A stretch of 64,000 nt of DNA from Phoronis australis (taxonomy: Eukaryota > Animalia > Phoronida): assembly GCA_002633005.1 (NCBI GenBank), contig NMRA01000053.1:320131-384130 (forward strand), in the 5' to 3' direction. The notes beneath the pieces were generated by a model, which did no database searches, was not told where the DNA came from, and saw nothing but the letters and a program-made list of their open reading frames with translations. Below are positions 13,301-28,300 of the stretch, piece by piece. The translations under genes and the position numbers were made by a program. Position 1 is the first letter of the stretch, and each line of letters begins with the position of its first letter.

Positions 13301-16300
13301 ACTGAATGTCTTATGTCATTATTTCAGACATGGACGAGTGTGACAAAAATGAAGACAATTGTCATTCCAACGCTACGTGTACTAATGAAGATGGCACGTA
13401 TAGGTGTGACTGTAAAAAGGGTTACAGTGGAAATGGAACTTTTTGCCAAGGTATGCACACCATGCACTCTGTGGTGGTAACTACTCTATCTTGACAGGCA
13501 TGTGCATTTCACTGCCTTTCACATGGGAGACATAAGGCAGGTGATATCTCATTTTGGAACAGCCATGTTATTATTCCACCGACCATCTTCATCATTTTCC
13601 ACTTATCTGGTTTCAGACATCGATGAATGTGTTGAGAAAGGAGCGTGCCATGATCATGCTAACTGCACAAACACGATTGGTAGTTACACGTGCAAATGTA
13701 ATCCAGGCTTTGAAGGCAATGGTACCTTTTGTACAGGTAAAACAATTCTTTGTCTATTAAAGCTTTTGCCTCTTTTGTTTATGTTTCAGAGACTGTATTT
13801 CCAATTTAGTGTTTTAGATGGCCACCGAGGTCACTGCGTGTCATTGTGTTGAGAGTCTTCCTGTGGGGGATGTAGAATGAAAATGGATATTCTCCGATTC
13901 TCCAGTTTTCTTCTGACTTGAATCTTCCTGCATCCATTCCACATTAGAGACGATGCCGTATCACTTTTCCCAAGCTAATGAAAAGTGAAATCTGGTGTTC
14001 TATATTCTTGATGCAGCGCCATTTTTTTTTAAATCGAGATTAGTTTCTGTACTTATGGCCAAGTGCCTGCTGCACAAAAAGTAGTTATTATTGTTTATTG
14101 TTTATAATTCTTGGTTTGTCTTTCATGACGAATCTATTCCTGCTGAAAATTCAAGCCAAAACCCAATTAGAATTGTTAACTGAAGCGCAAGTTTCAATTA
14201 CCCCATTCCCTGCCAACACAATAGAGAGCCAGCTGGCTGGCCTGCCTCAGTTAAGATGGCATCATAAAATTCTCCAACTGAATAGGACTACTTGTGACCT
14301 TTTTGACCTGGATTTTCATATGGAGGACAACCAGAAACCTCTTATATGGCTGAGAACGAATTTTGTAGAAACGATACATCCCAATAGGTTGGTTGCACTT
14401 ACACTGCAATTATTTTACATAAATGAAGTAATATGAAAGATAAGCAATATATCTAATCACACAAGTTTTTATTTTTAAAACATGCATACAAATAGATATA
14501 ATAGGAAAAAGGGAACAACTTTACCCAGAAAATAAACAGGACTGTACAATACTCTAGTTTATAAAAATAATATTGAGAACCTAGGGACAAAGTGAGATCT
14601 GTTAAAAAATACACATCTGTAAATGCTGCGCATCAAAATATACAAATACCTCAACTTACATAATATACACATGTTTAGGTTATGAGCTTCCAAGTTAACA
14701 AAATATGATCAACAAAATACTTATTGTTGAAGGTAAAAACATACCAAAACCATTGCGATGATAGAAAAAATTATACATACCTTTAATCGCATTTGTTTGG
14801 GACAAAATATGAACTTTAAAATCAGCGCATATGTGAACAACGGCAACAACACCAACAACAAAATACTTGTAACTGGAGGTAAAAACAGACCATTACAATT
14901 GTGATAATAGAAGAAACCTATGCATATCTTTAATCACATTTGTTTTTAGCCAAAATATGCTTTTAAGGGGCCTTCAACAACAGGATGCAATACAGTACAA
15001 TATAATACATAAAACATTAATTTGATACAGGTAACATAGCAGCAATTAAAAACAGGTTTAGGGTGAAATTTTGACCAGGAGAGATGAAATAAAGAGATGA
15101 TACTAAATAGTGAGAGCATGTACAATGATGAAAAACGACATAATTAAGAAAGGTAAAGTGTAAGAATGGGTAAGTAAATTACAGCCACTTTTTACTATTA
15201 AGTTTAACAGTATTAATTGAATTGGGGCATTTAATTTCTGGGCTAAGAGAATTCTTTATTACAGCAGCAGCATAAATAAGAGATTTCTCCCCCGTCTCAA
15301 TTTTAATTTTTTCAAAACAAACATTACCAGCAAGGGAAGGTGTAAAGAATATAGCTTTACTGCTGCCGAATTTGTGGCCAAGATATGTTGAAGCAAAGCC
15401 ATCGACACACCTGTTACATGCAACAGGCAGAGAGATATTTATTTCTTATTATTTTAAAACAAAGTGAAACTTAACATTACATCAACTTATATAAACATCA
15501 GAATTACTTAATAATCACTGAAACAAAGTATACACTAAACATCAGCATGGCATGTGCAGAGTGTACAATAAGTCTAAGTATTAATGAACTATGTACAATA
15601 ATCTGCTTTACAAAACCCTTTTAATATTATACAACACTTGTTTAAGGTGAGATCAGTTACAAAAGTAACAGCAGCAACAAGTCATTGGCTTGGTCCACAA
15701 CATTAGAAATGAACCAGAAAGTCAGACCAAAGAGAAATGAGCAAACCATGACACAAAAAATAAGCCTGGCAACTGCTTCACAAAACTCAACTATTAATAA
15801 TGTTTGTAAAAATACAAGGGGAATTTAAGAGCATGGCAGACTCCCTATTCAAAACAAAATCAAATGGCGCTTAGAGATGTCCCACCTACATTTCAGTGAA
15901 AAATATGAAAAAATTAGATTCCCTTTAGAGATGTCATGCCAACGACATAGTGTGACATGCAGACAGACCTTTGTAAATACTATGTCTCTGACATTGTGCT
16001 ATGAGCGACAAAAATTATGCCAACGACATTGTGTGACATACAGACGGAATGCCAAAGGTTTGGACTTAAAACTGTAAATTTCATAAAAATTAATGAAAAA
16101 TTCACATAGCTTTCATTTACAAAATTGAAGCAGAGTTTAAATAACAATGTTCATATACCACTTCTCTATATCACAGCTCAAAACTAGCACCAAGCAAACA
16201 GCAAAGCACTGCCGCAACCGGCAAAGTGCTTCTCAGAATTTTGCATGTTATATAGGACTATTGCAGGGGATTCAGCAGTTAACCCATTATGACAAGAACT

Positions 16301-19300
16301 GTGAACTGACGTTTGTACCTGGCATTCTGTCCTCGCATTGCATCTTTCCTTAAGTCTTCTTTAGCTACTTCTCGCATAAAAAAATTCATGTATTTTTTAA
16401 TCCTTGTTTGGTCTAAATCTTGTGTTAAGTAGTTCACTGTGTAACCATTAAACAAAACTCTTGCTTTGGGACCTCTGCGTTGTTTCCCTTTGACAAATCC
16501 ACTGACTGAAAAAAGGCATACAAAGTTAGAGTTCATAACACGTACCCGACTTGCAGGGTGTAATGAATGTTGAAAATCCCATTCACTTTTCCTCAAAGGC
16601 AAGTATGAAACACAAAGTATACAGAAGGAAAAATATAAGTTAAATCAAATAAGACTGTAATTTTGTATTTTTTAATGTTAATGGTTTCATCACTTTTGAA
16701 TGTAATTATTAAAACCTATAAAATCTAGGCAATGACCATTGCCTCTGATGCCAAATAAAAATCTATTCGGCGTAATCACACAAACACCTCACCCTCACAA
16801 AAATTTCCGCAACAATTCAGCTTAAAATCGAACTCTCAAAAAATCAGTCATTACGGGGTAGGTAAGGTAAATTACATCGCGGTGAATGCCGAGGAAGTTA
16901 CGTAAAATCACGCCTGTAAATGAACACAGTCCATGGGACACGAATCTTAAAAAACCACCTAATATCTGCTATGCTATTTTGCAAGTGTCACACGCGAGGT
17001 CACGCGCTCTCTCAGTCTCGCGCTTGTCCTTGCCTAACTCAATGGAAATAGTTTGTGGTTGGTGCGCACGATGAAAAAGTTAACCGCTACTAAAAAGTGG
17101 AATTCGAATTCTTTGCCATAATCATCTTACTTCAGCAAACATGCTTCATGGAAGATATGTACAGAACCAGAAATGATCGCTGAAGAAAGTAAGCGCTTTT
17201 TAAGTGAAATTTAACCAGCGGAGGGGCTACGTGTTGCCTAGGGGTAGGCCTACAGGTACTTACAGTTACATGGGAGCAGGTTTGCGAGAAACAACTGATA
17301 CGGGGAAGGCCTGAAGGCTGTAATAAATTCACATAACAAAAATAGTAGACCTAACGCGCAAGAAGCAATACGTTAAAATGTGCACCATTCTCTGGTTGTA
17401 TCCTGTCACTGTGTACCTTAGTACTTACCTCTATTCCCTAAGCGCTTGAGCGTTGGGTAGTTGACCGTGTCGAATTTCACTCGAGTCCACGACTTTCGAG
17501 TTTCCGTGTCCAGGCCAGTCGGGAAACTTAACGAAACAGATTAGTGCTTACACCCTCATCCATGCACGGTTGGCGTCTGCCCTGTTGCCACTCTTATCCA
17601 CAGCTTGGCACTTCTCGCCTACTTTGAAAAAAATCCGCAATCGCAAACTACGTAGGCCTACTCAAACATCACTGGAAGTTCGACTGAAGCACGTGAGATT
17701 GTTTACTTCGGTAAATGACGACAATATACCGACGCTTAAAAAGAAGTTCTCAATTGCTATTCGTTTTAACAAAATATTTCTCCTTATAGTGTAATATGTT
17801 ATATAGTGAAACTTGCGTTTTATTGAATCAAATTGATTGTGGTACATTGTGGCCTTTTGGTAGGAAATAATAAGTTGCCTCATGGCGGCGAATCACAATA
17901 TACCCTTTGTAAATTCTTGCGCTCAGCTTGTACACAAGGTGGTAAATTTTTATATTAATAAAAACTTTATTTTCTGGCCTAGAAAGAAAATTCAAAGTTC
18001 TAAATGCTTAGTTTTTCGCGGGGAATTCGGTTAGGCAGGTAGATTTTTAAAATAAACTTTATTTTTTTTGCCAACAGTCGACAGGCACGTAGTTTTATGG
18101 CATAATGAGGTGTCATTAAAGGATTACGTACGTGACCAAGCCACCCAAGCAGCTGGACTGAATTCAATGGGCTATTGTGTTCGCATTAGCAAACTCCAAC
18201 CGTCGGACGAAGGCCGTCCGACGGTCAATTTTCAGCTGGGAAGGGTCTGTCATGGGTCATTTTTCCCCACTTGTGTTTTTTCTGGTCATCTATACATGTA
18301 ACTGTTGCGACTGTTCACTTTGGCATTTTCATTTTTTATTTAAGAAAAGAGCTAATCAGCTATATTTTTTCTTGTGAAATATTCCTATAATCCGTTAGAC
18401 GTCATTTGCTGACATTCCTAACGATCAAGATGTCGCATCTGTTTCAAGTTATTAGACTCCAACCCAATATAGGTCTCTGCAATGAAGTCATTGTTCACCT
18501 TCTAGTTTTTGGTTAAATTTTAGAAAAGTGATGCTTTGATTCAGTGTTTTTTGTGTTCATCTTCTGCGATTAGCAGCATGTTCGCCAGATAATTTTCAAG
18601 CTGCTTGCTTCTATTTCCAGTTGTAACGAACAAAGTGATTGTTGGTGATAGGGTTGTTTACATTACTGATAAGTTATAAAAAAGATGGCTAGAAATTTCA
18701 TTTTTAATCTCTGTTTTAGACATTCAAGATTGTTTACCAAACCCGTGCCAAAACAATGGGTATTGCCGTAACCTTGAAGGACGATACGAATGTTTGTGTG
18801 AAGCAGGCTGGTCGGGCCAGAACTGTACTGAGGGTTTGTGCTTATTTCTGATTATTTTGGTGCATTTTTCGATTTTACCATGTTCTTTAAAAGAAGGAAT
18901 AAGGTAATTTTACCCTTATTTAGCACATGTTTTTTAATTTTCCACAAAAATAAAGATTCAGGACATTTTAGAATATTACAAGCATGATTTTAAGTGTATA
19001 GATGTCATAAAACAGCATTTCCATTATTTGCAAAAAGTATGTCATTGAAAAATGGAATGGAAAAGTGGCCTTTTTTGGTTATTATCTTTGTGCAAAATAA
19101 GTGGAGTATTACCATATATGATAACTGTCAATGCTGTATTATGACATATGCAATGACCTTTGACATTTTGTGAAAAGTTCATTTCTCTGTTAGCTGAACC
19201 TGTCTCATTAGGGTATATTATTAGTTACTATCTCTGATTGGTTTATTACGTGCGTGATCTATTGTGCAATTTGGGACTGTTGCAAACAGTGGTCTGGCCA

Positions 19301-22300
19301 CACAACTGACTGTCTTTTGCTCTCCCAAAACTTATTACTGATTCATTGTAGTGTAGTATTTGTCAGGACACACTGTTATCCACCCAATTTCCATCTCTAG
19401 TGACAGTAATTCTCCACACGTTTGAAATGAAACTATTTACCAAAATTGTAATTTTCGCATTTTCTCAAAAGGCTGATTACTGTACTGCAAACAATGTTGT
19501 TTTATGACACCTACTCAGTGCAAACTATATAGATGGATTAAAATTTCTTTATCTTTATTTTTGATGTGAAATTTGACAAACTGAATTTCACTTGTTGGCC
19601 AAATTTTGTGATAAATAAATGATGAATTACTGCAGCTATTTCTAGCAAGTATAACCCCACGGTGGAGCTCAGACCCTGAGCAAAATGCATTTATTGGCTG
19701 TGCTGTCAGTAAAGTTACTTTTATATTGCAAAATTAAAGCAGCCAATTCGACAAGGCTTTCTTAATTTCACAAACACCTGATCTGGGACCGATCTGTGAT
19801 TCACTCGCTCTAGGGCTGGAAGTCAATGTGATGATGGCACCTTTAATTTCAAGATCTTTTTGTAATGAGAGAGTTTTCTTGTTGCTTTTTTGAAAATCAT
19901 TTGCAAGTGAGTCTAATTGAGATATTTGTTTTCACAAAATCCTTAATGCTAATCACTTGTATTTTTTCATTATACAGAGATGGACATGTGCTCTGGATCT
20001 CCGTGCAAGAACTCGGGAACATGTAACAACTTTAGAACATCTTACAATTGCTCGTGCTCAGCTGGCTTCAAAGGTGTCCATTGTGAGACAGGTAAAAAGC
20101 GCCACCTTTACATTCTTCATCTGCACTTTTGGAGAAAAATCATTAGAGCAAAAGCAAGGTTGTTGATCTTACAATTGTCTCTTTGCTTGTATACATTAAT
20201 AAAGGCTGGCATGTGTAGTGACATCTTATTAATAAGACATTAAGGTACAGTTCTACTCAGTGGACATTTATCCTGAGGTACCTTCTTACAGCTTGTTTCA
20301 ACAAGCTGAATTAAAATTATTAGCTGTTTGTTAGGTTACACTTAGTCACAACTTTGTGGAGTTAAGTTTAGTCTAATATTCTGCGCATTTAGCTTCCATG
20401 CCAGAATTTTATTAAGGGTGTTGCTTACTTAATGGTAGTGATATTCAACTGATTTGATCTATGAACAGAATGGTTTACTACCCTAATAGTCTGATAGTTG
20501 GTGTACGCTTTTCTATGAATTTCTGATTGAATTAGCATTATCAGGCAATGCCCCATACCATCACCCAGAGGTTCTTTAGTAAAAAAATAGTGCCGGTGAT
20601 CTGATACACGTTGCATCAGACATGCCTAGGCTGCTCATCAAACACCACAAATCATTTTCATTTATTAATAAACGTATAACACATAATAAGACCGACCTGA
20701 TCGAGAGATTGGACACAGGAGTCTACCACTGGGGTCCAGTGTGAAGAGGAGACAGACACTCAACCCACTACTAGCCCACATTGCCTCCTCATGGTTTGCT
20801 GCATTCAAGCTGGATACAGTGATTTGTTAATGTAAATTTCCGGTCTTGGGGTTTTACACATATCTTACTGTAGTTTTTCTTAACTTTAAGAAATTGTCCT
20901 CTATAACTTTGATGGGACACCAACCACTGGAGATGACGACTTGGTGATGGTAGATGTCAGTAATGGGGTTCCTATTTGCGGCAAAGTCTATAGGAAGCTG
21001 TATGTGAGTGTGCTTTTAGCTGTTATATTGAGGAGTTTGTCAGGATCAATCGACATGGTATTGTTTAAGTTAGAATTATTTTAGGAATGAGTATTAGTAT
21101 TTAGTATTACTGTTATTTGTTGTTTTAGTATTTTTTAAAATTGATTACCGCTTATGGATTCCCCAGAGTTTGTAGAATTGCTTGCACAACGTAAGTTTTT
21201 TATTATAACTGTATAATCAACAATTTTGTTCTTCTGGAGGTGGGGTCTTTAAGGGTCTTTCATTGGGTTGTTGATGATAAGGTGAAAGCATTATGTTTGT
21301 AGTTATGCACCATCATTGATAGTTTTATTTTTGCTTGCTATTTTGATAATGCAGTTGCTTTGAAACTAAAGACTGGATTTTTGCTGGTTACAGGTCAGTA
21401 TGAATGGCTATGTTGTTACGCATGAGGCCAAGTTAAAGCAAAATCCACCCGGTGACTTTGACGGGAAGAAGTCGGACACGAATGTTGTGGCACCCTTTTG
21501 GAGTGACATGCAGACAGTGTCGGCCAGTGGCTTGTATGTGCAAGCGTACAATACTACCCACAATGCATTCCTTGAGAAGGTGAAGACAGATTTACAGAGC
21601 AAAGATGGCACATTTCAACCTCACCTGGTTGTCGTAGCAACGTGGTCAGGCGCGAGTCCATATCCAGCATCCACGTATGCAGGAAAAGAGGTGAACTTAC
21701 ATTTGTGGGAATGAAAAGTGTATTGTGTTCAAATACGGTAAAAGGTGACCAATTTGTGACAAAGTTAATTGCCAGAATTACCCTCAGTCTGTTTTTTCAT
21801 TTTTCAAAAGTTCATGATGTTGCTGTGAATGCCTGTAATTTTTCAAATCGTGATCTGATGCTTGATCACTCACAAGATTTTACCGTAGTTGTGAGTATGA
21901 GATGAAGGCGTCCTTTATAATCTCTCAGAATCTTCGCGTACACAATGATTTGTGGGACTGGCTGGAGCCTATGATGGAACACTAATTCTGAACAACTGAG
22001 AGCACACTCCATTGAGGATCTTGAGAGTTGTGTTTTGACTTCTTGTGCAGTTGAATTAGTCATGAACATGAATTTCATCTAGTGCGGTAGCCTATTGTTT
22101 TTTAAGTGAAGCTTGTTTAGTGTCTCCCATGGTTTTTTCCCCCGACCTATCCTCTGAAGCAGTTCAGGACTTTTTTCTTGTGTACATTTCTATGCTATTC
22201 TAGAAGTTTTGATGAGCTTACTAATAACCTACTTCAACTTTAGGTGGCGGTATGATTGGAAAGTCGTGTTATAATATTCAGCATTGTCTGTAATTTCCTG

Positions 22301-25300
22301 ATCTGAAGGTTTTAGTTCAAACAAATGTCTGAAACAATCTCTTGTAATGTGGTTGTATTTAACTAGTAAATATTTGCTTTTGTGTCACTTTAAAAATGTC
22401 TGCACATTTTCTATAAGAAGTTAACAAAAGCAATGTTATATTCTACATTCAACACTTCGTGGTATTCATGTTTTCCTTTCAATTTATTCTATTAGGACAT
22501 CACTTTCCAAGTTGCCATGGTAACTGACTACAAAAAGACGTACACAATATTCAACTATGACCCCGACCTTTTGACCTGGAAAAAAGACAGTGATCCGCTA
22601 AGGAGGATCTTCATTGGCTACTCTTGTGAAAGTTCTAATCCAACGATAGCCTCAGAGGCTCCATACACTGTATGGAATCAAACAAATACAGGTATGATAT
22701 TCAAATCTGTGGCACAGGCTGCTTGTGTTTCTTTGCATTGCCTCCAGACTGCACTACTGTAAACAAAATCGGTGGTTTTACATAATTAGTCAGAAATGAG
22801 AAATTTTGGTTGCTCTTTCTTTATAACTGTAACAAGCAGCTTGTGTTTTAACAAAAAAGCATTGTCTCTTTGTTGAGGCATCAAAACTTGCTGGCACAAT
22901 TTGATTAGAAGAAATTAGCTTACTTTGAACATCTATATGACACGGTGTGCATCAACGCAATTTCTTAAGTTGATATGTTATGCGTTGCACTCATTTAATG
23001 AATACCGCCTAGAGAGCCTCTTTGCAAGGCTAATTTTTTGCAAAAATGCTCTCAGTGACCCTCTATCATAATGATTTAGGTAAATCCATAATTGACCCGG
23101 GCTGGTGATTTGACCAGAAGTTTGTCGTTCAAAACTTGTCTACAATCCCTTTTAAAAGTAGATTGATCGAAATTCTGCTTTAATCTATTGCAGATAAACC
23201 AGGTCGATTTATTTATGAAATGGGTCCAGTTAATGACCTTGGCTTCTGCAATGCATGGTACAATGAACAGAAGGCTGGTGACATCTCACAGTCACTGGAA
23301 CTCAGCTTTGCATGTCCCTGCACAACAACAGAAGCAGACGTGGACTCAGATTTCTCTAAAGATGGCAGCACTGGTTGCTACGATTCAGATGTGAAGAATA
23401 ATACCAAACAACGCTGTTGTTATGACAGGTACAGTACTGCTTTAGATTTCAGATAATGTTTTACGGCAGTAGCTTTATCACAGTTTTTGTGAACCTGTAA
23501 AACTGGTCTTAGTTGAAACAAAATGCGTAATTTTCAATTTATGTTATTAATTAGTTAGTACTTATTAATAACTCAACTCCAGTGGCACATTGAAGGGGGG
23601 GGCAAGGGGACCATCCCCCAAAATTCTCCCATATTCCGTTTGGCACTTCGGGGGTTCAAATGTCTGACGGGAAAATCCTGGTTAGTACTCTGTCCTGCCC
23701 CCCAACTCAAAATCCTGGATCCGCCCCTAAACTCTGCTAGCTTTTGCACAAGATTGTTTCTGGAGGCTGTTTTAATCTTGATATTTGAGAATTTTGAAGG
23801 ATAATTTATCCGCATAGCTCATTCTGTTAAATTATCCCTCACACCAAGTATTGACAATTTGTGTGATGATCCAGTTATCTGTTGCTTGTTCAAATTTGAG
23901 GCCTTGAAAACTTGTTACAAAAATTGGACAATGCTTGCATATTAACCTGACTTCAAAAGTTATTTCTTAACTGTTAAAATTCAAAGCTTTTGCTTTGCTA
24001 TCTGAAATGGGTTTCAAACCAAAGGTCAAGTTAATAAATTAGTGTGATTGCATTTTGTTGTGCAAACTTGAGCTAATCTGGAGATGTTAGTATCACTGGA
24101 AAATACACTGGTATCACATTAGCAGGTATTTCAGACAAGATTGGAAAGTGCAAGATTATCTGTTTTGAGAATACAGAATTGAATCTACACTTGATTTTGG
24201 TTATTGTCGATTCTATTTGTCTTGTGTTAGTGTCTGCCAATAACGTTACGAACCATTGCAGCTCTAGCTCACTTCTGATTGGTTATCCCGGTGGTGGTTA
24301 CATCACTACCATGATGGTGTCAGGTGATAACAGCACTGAGATTGGGTACAAGGCATGCTGTGAGGGAACGTTGAAGGATTATTGCGGCCTCTTCTATCAG
24401 CTGCGACCATCCGATACATGCATTCGGTACTCAAAGGGGGCAGGTAAAGCCAACGTTCCTGATGTTCCCCTAAGTGCAAAAACATTTTAGCAAATATTTT
24501 TGTTACGGTATTATTCTTCGCTTGTTTACCTCGCACTATGGTGGACAAGTGAAAGTTGTCAAAATTTCCCAACAGATTAAAGATTAAGAAAATAATTGTT
24601 TATTACAAGCTTGTTTTATATTGTGTAAATCTTAAAAATCAACACTTGGTGAAAGTGTACATCAATTTCCGAAAGGTAATTAGCCTTTCGAATTAAGAAA
24701 AATTACACTTAAACATTTTTGTGCAATATAAATGAGGAATTAGGGCAATTTTGGGAGAAATGAATAAAGGGTTTTAGTGGCTAAAAGTGTTTGTCACTCT
24801 AACTCATCAAGTGAATGATATGCATTTCTTAATATGCTCACGAATTTCAGAAAGTGTGTTTCTGTATTGACGTTTATTTGCTAGTTAATACACATCCCAC
24901 TCCAGTTTATACATTGCAATGCAGAGTCATTATGTGAAGTACAAAATAATGGCAATTGATACCGTGAAAAGTCAATGTTTCAGGTACTACCTTCAATCTT
25001 ATCTTAATCAGGGATTTTTTGTGTTGAAACTGTATTCAGAAGCCAGTATTCAGTTGTAAAATGTTACCGATTTATTAACTTTGTCGTGATTGACAGTTTC
25101 ATTCAAAAAAAATTTTCCCATTTAACTTTCATATTAGATGATACTACTATTTGTTTTGTTATTTTGTATTTTTTCAAATCTTCATCGGTTTTGTTTTTTT
25201 GTATCATTAGCCAAGCCCCCTGCATTCAAAGACATGCCCAAGACACTGACTGTCACACTCGGCAAGGAATTTGTCTTCCAATTGATGGCTGATCCAGGAT

Positions 25301-28300
25301 CACCAAACGGATCCGTGACATTCAAACTGATGACGGACCCCGTGGCAGCGTCTAACTTCTCCTTAGGTATGTCAAAATTTAGTGAATGTTAAGCGGATGA
25401 TTTCTATTTGCTTTCTACAGATTGAATTTGAGAAGCCTGTCAAAAGAATCGGTTCTCAAAAAACTTTTTGAGGTTAAGACTTGTGCATTCCATATGTGTT
25501 TGTAATATCCTCTTTCTAGAATACCACGCTGCCCAATTCAATTATGTTGTATTTACCCACAATGCTGTGTGTTTGTTGAGCACTTATCTGAAAGCTCAGT
25601 ACACTGCTGCCATGAAAATAACTATTTTACATTAAAGTCAGTTTGCCATCATGCCATTGAATAATGTTGTGTTGCAAAGCAGGCATAAAAATTGAAAAGC
25701 TGAGTAAAGAGTTACAGATTGCTATCCACTTAACTTACTTAGCAAAAAAGTGTGTTAACAGCCCTGCCTTTCAAAAACTAAGCCAGTCATGCAAAGTGTT
25801 TTTCTACCTTCAAAAAGAGGAGGGTTGAGTTCAGGATGTGAGAATACCCAACATTTGTTTTCTATGTGTCTACTGTTATACAGTTTCCTACTGTGTATCT
25901 GCATAGATCGTGGACAACAGATTTGCGACTCTGTCACTCTGTATTTTCTTATGAAATTCCTAGTGGAGGTACTGCGTGTGCTAATCGTTGCTTCTGGTTA
26001 ATTATTAGCTTTACAATAATTATAATACTTAGACATTAGAAACATGACTGTGTGTCAGTTGGGGGTGATTCTGGACAAAATACTACTGGGAACACTTAAC
26101 AATAGACCAGATCTTTATCTGAATTTAAAAACTACTCTCCAGCTGAAAGTTGAAACTAAATGAAAGATATCTGTGTTACATCTTTTTAATTTTTCCTGTT
26201 ACTATGCTTTGCGCAGTGTTGTTTTTGTTTCTTTACGAGTTTGTTCTCGCTACTTTTCAGTAAACAACACATTTACGTGGACGCCTATGACTGTCAATGA
26301 GTCGTACTCGATAAAGTTCATCGCTACTGATGACACTAATAATTTAACGGCTCTCTATTGGCCGAACATACTGTTATGTAACTGCGGTGACCATGGCGCA
26401 TGTCAGTCGCAAGGCAACACGGTGAATAAAGGTTAGTGACATTGTGTCTGTTGACCTTTATGAGGATTATAGGTACTCAGGGCTTGGAGTTTTCCGCGGA
26501 AACGCGGATTTCCGCTTTTTTCAAATGTTCTGTCCGCGCATTTTATTATATTTCCGCGTAAAAAAATCGGATTAGATATAAAATTCCTGCGGCAAATTCC
26601 TTTCTTACCGCAGCGTTGCAGACGACATTCACCTCGAAAAGCGGAAGTTGCTCTTTATGTTTCGGAGGAACGTGAATTGTCAACATTGCCGGGGCACGTG
26701 GGATAGCGTGGTGGGATTTTCAATGGCGTTGCTACTGATGGCGGTTACGTTTTTTGTTTTTTGTCCTCTCGATTTTTGTCGGGGAAAAGTTCACATGGAC
26801 CATTTCAAGGCTGGGTAGCGCACACGATTTGGGCCGTAAAAGTTTCCGCGTTTTTTGTCATTGGTCATTCTAAGCCCTGAGGTACACAATCCAATATGTA
26901 ATCACAATTTAAATCCACAGAGTATCGCAAGCATTTTTAAGTCTGGTCCGCGTGCCATCTGTTGACCACACGACGTGACCTAATATATATGTAAGTTTGA
27001 AAAGGTCTCTTCTCTGACTGGGACTCGAACCCGGGACTAACTGTGCAGGCACTCATCATGAAATTTTTCAATTAATGACTGATAAACATTTTTCAGATCG
27101 ATTTTACATTGGCAAGTGTAGCTGTCAATCAGGTTTCAGTGGAGAATTTTGTGAGAAAGACCCGTGTAGCAGTCAGCCATGTTATCCTGGAGTCGCATGT
27201 ACTGTTGAAGAGAAGGGGTACAAGTGTGCCTCCTGTCCACAGGGTCTCGTAGGCAATGGCATTAGGTGCAATGGTAGGTGTCAAAAGTTGCCCGCATGAA
27301 AATTAAAACATTGAACTGCTGCTAGCTGTTTTACTATTGTGTCAAGAGTCGTAATTTTCTTTACTAAAGATGAAAGTGTATTGAATACAAATTGACTCGT
27401 GGTATTTCTTTTTATGCACCCACATATTTATATGTGGTCGCATATTGCCGTCATCTCTGTCTGGGCGTCCAGCGTCTGCGGCTGTATCTTTTAAATCCCT
27501 TGCAGGATCTTATTGACATTTGGCAGGTGTGTTTCTATGGGGTCTATGACAGAGGGCAACTAGTTTCGGACCGACCCGAATACCGCTGTGCTCCCTAGTG
27601 GCAATTTTAGTTTTTACGTTTGCCTTTGTATCTTGAAAGGTCTTCAACCGATTTTCATGAAATTTGGTACATCGGCATCTATTAATGAGTTGACACTATT
27701 CTCCTGTTTTCGGATTGCTTCGATGGATTTTGCGCCATCTACTGGCCATTTTTACTATTTTCTAGTCTTTTTTTGGCATCCGCCCCTCTAGCAACCAAAC
27801 CACTCTAAGGATGATTGTGAAAATTGGCATGTATGGTCTTACTATGAAGAAGACAGTTGATGATGACTTTCCGACATCATCTAGTGGCAGTTTTGTTTGT
27901 TTTTGCGCCCACGGCTGTATCTCCTAAATGCTCTACAGGATCTTTATTAAATTTAGCAATTGTATTTATATAAAGTTGACAACAGACCATGACGACTTTC
28001 GGACAGATCAGTCTGCCGGTGTGCCACCTAGTGGCAATTTTAGTTTTTTACGTTTATCGCTGTATCTTCTAAGGTATTTAATGGATTTCCACAAAATCTG
28101 GCACATAGATTTCCATTAGTGAGGTGACGCTAGCCATTCATCTTTGGATTGATTCAAGGTTTTTTGCGCCACCTAGTGGCCTTTTTTGTTTTTGAGTCAG
28201 TTTCGTGGCGTTCGTCCCTCTGTCAACCAAACCACTCTAAGGGTGATTGTGAAAGTTGGCATGTATGTATGTAACTATGTACTTCCTATGAAGGGGACAG

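Noticed and set aside
27010-27040. tRNA gene
   Set aside because: Only a T-arm/B-box is present; no cloverleaf
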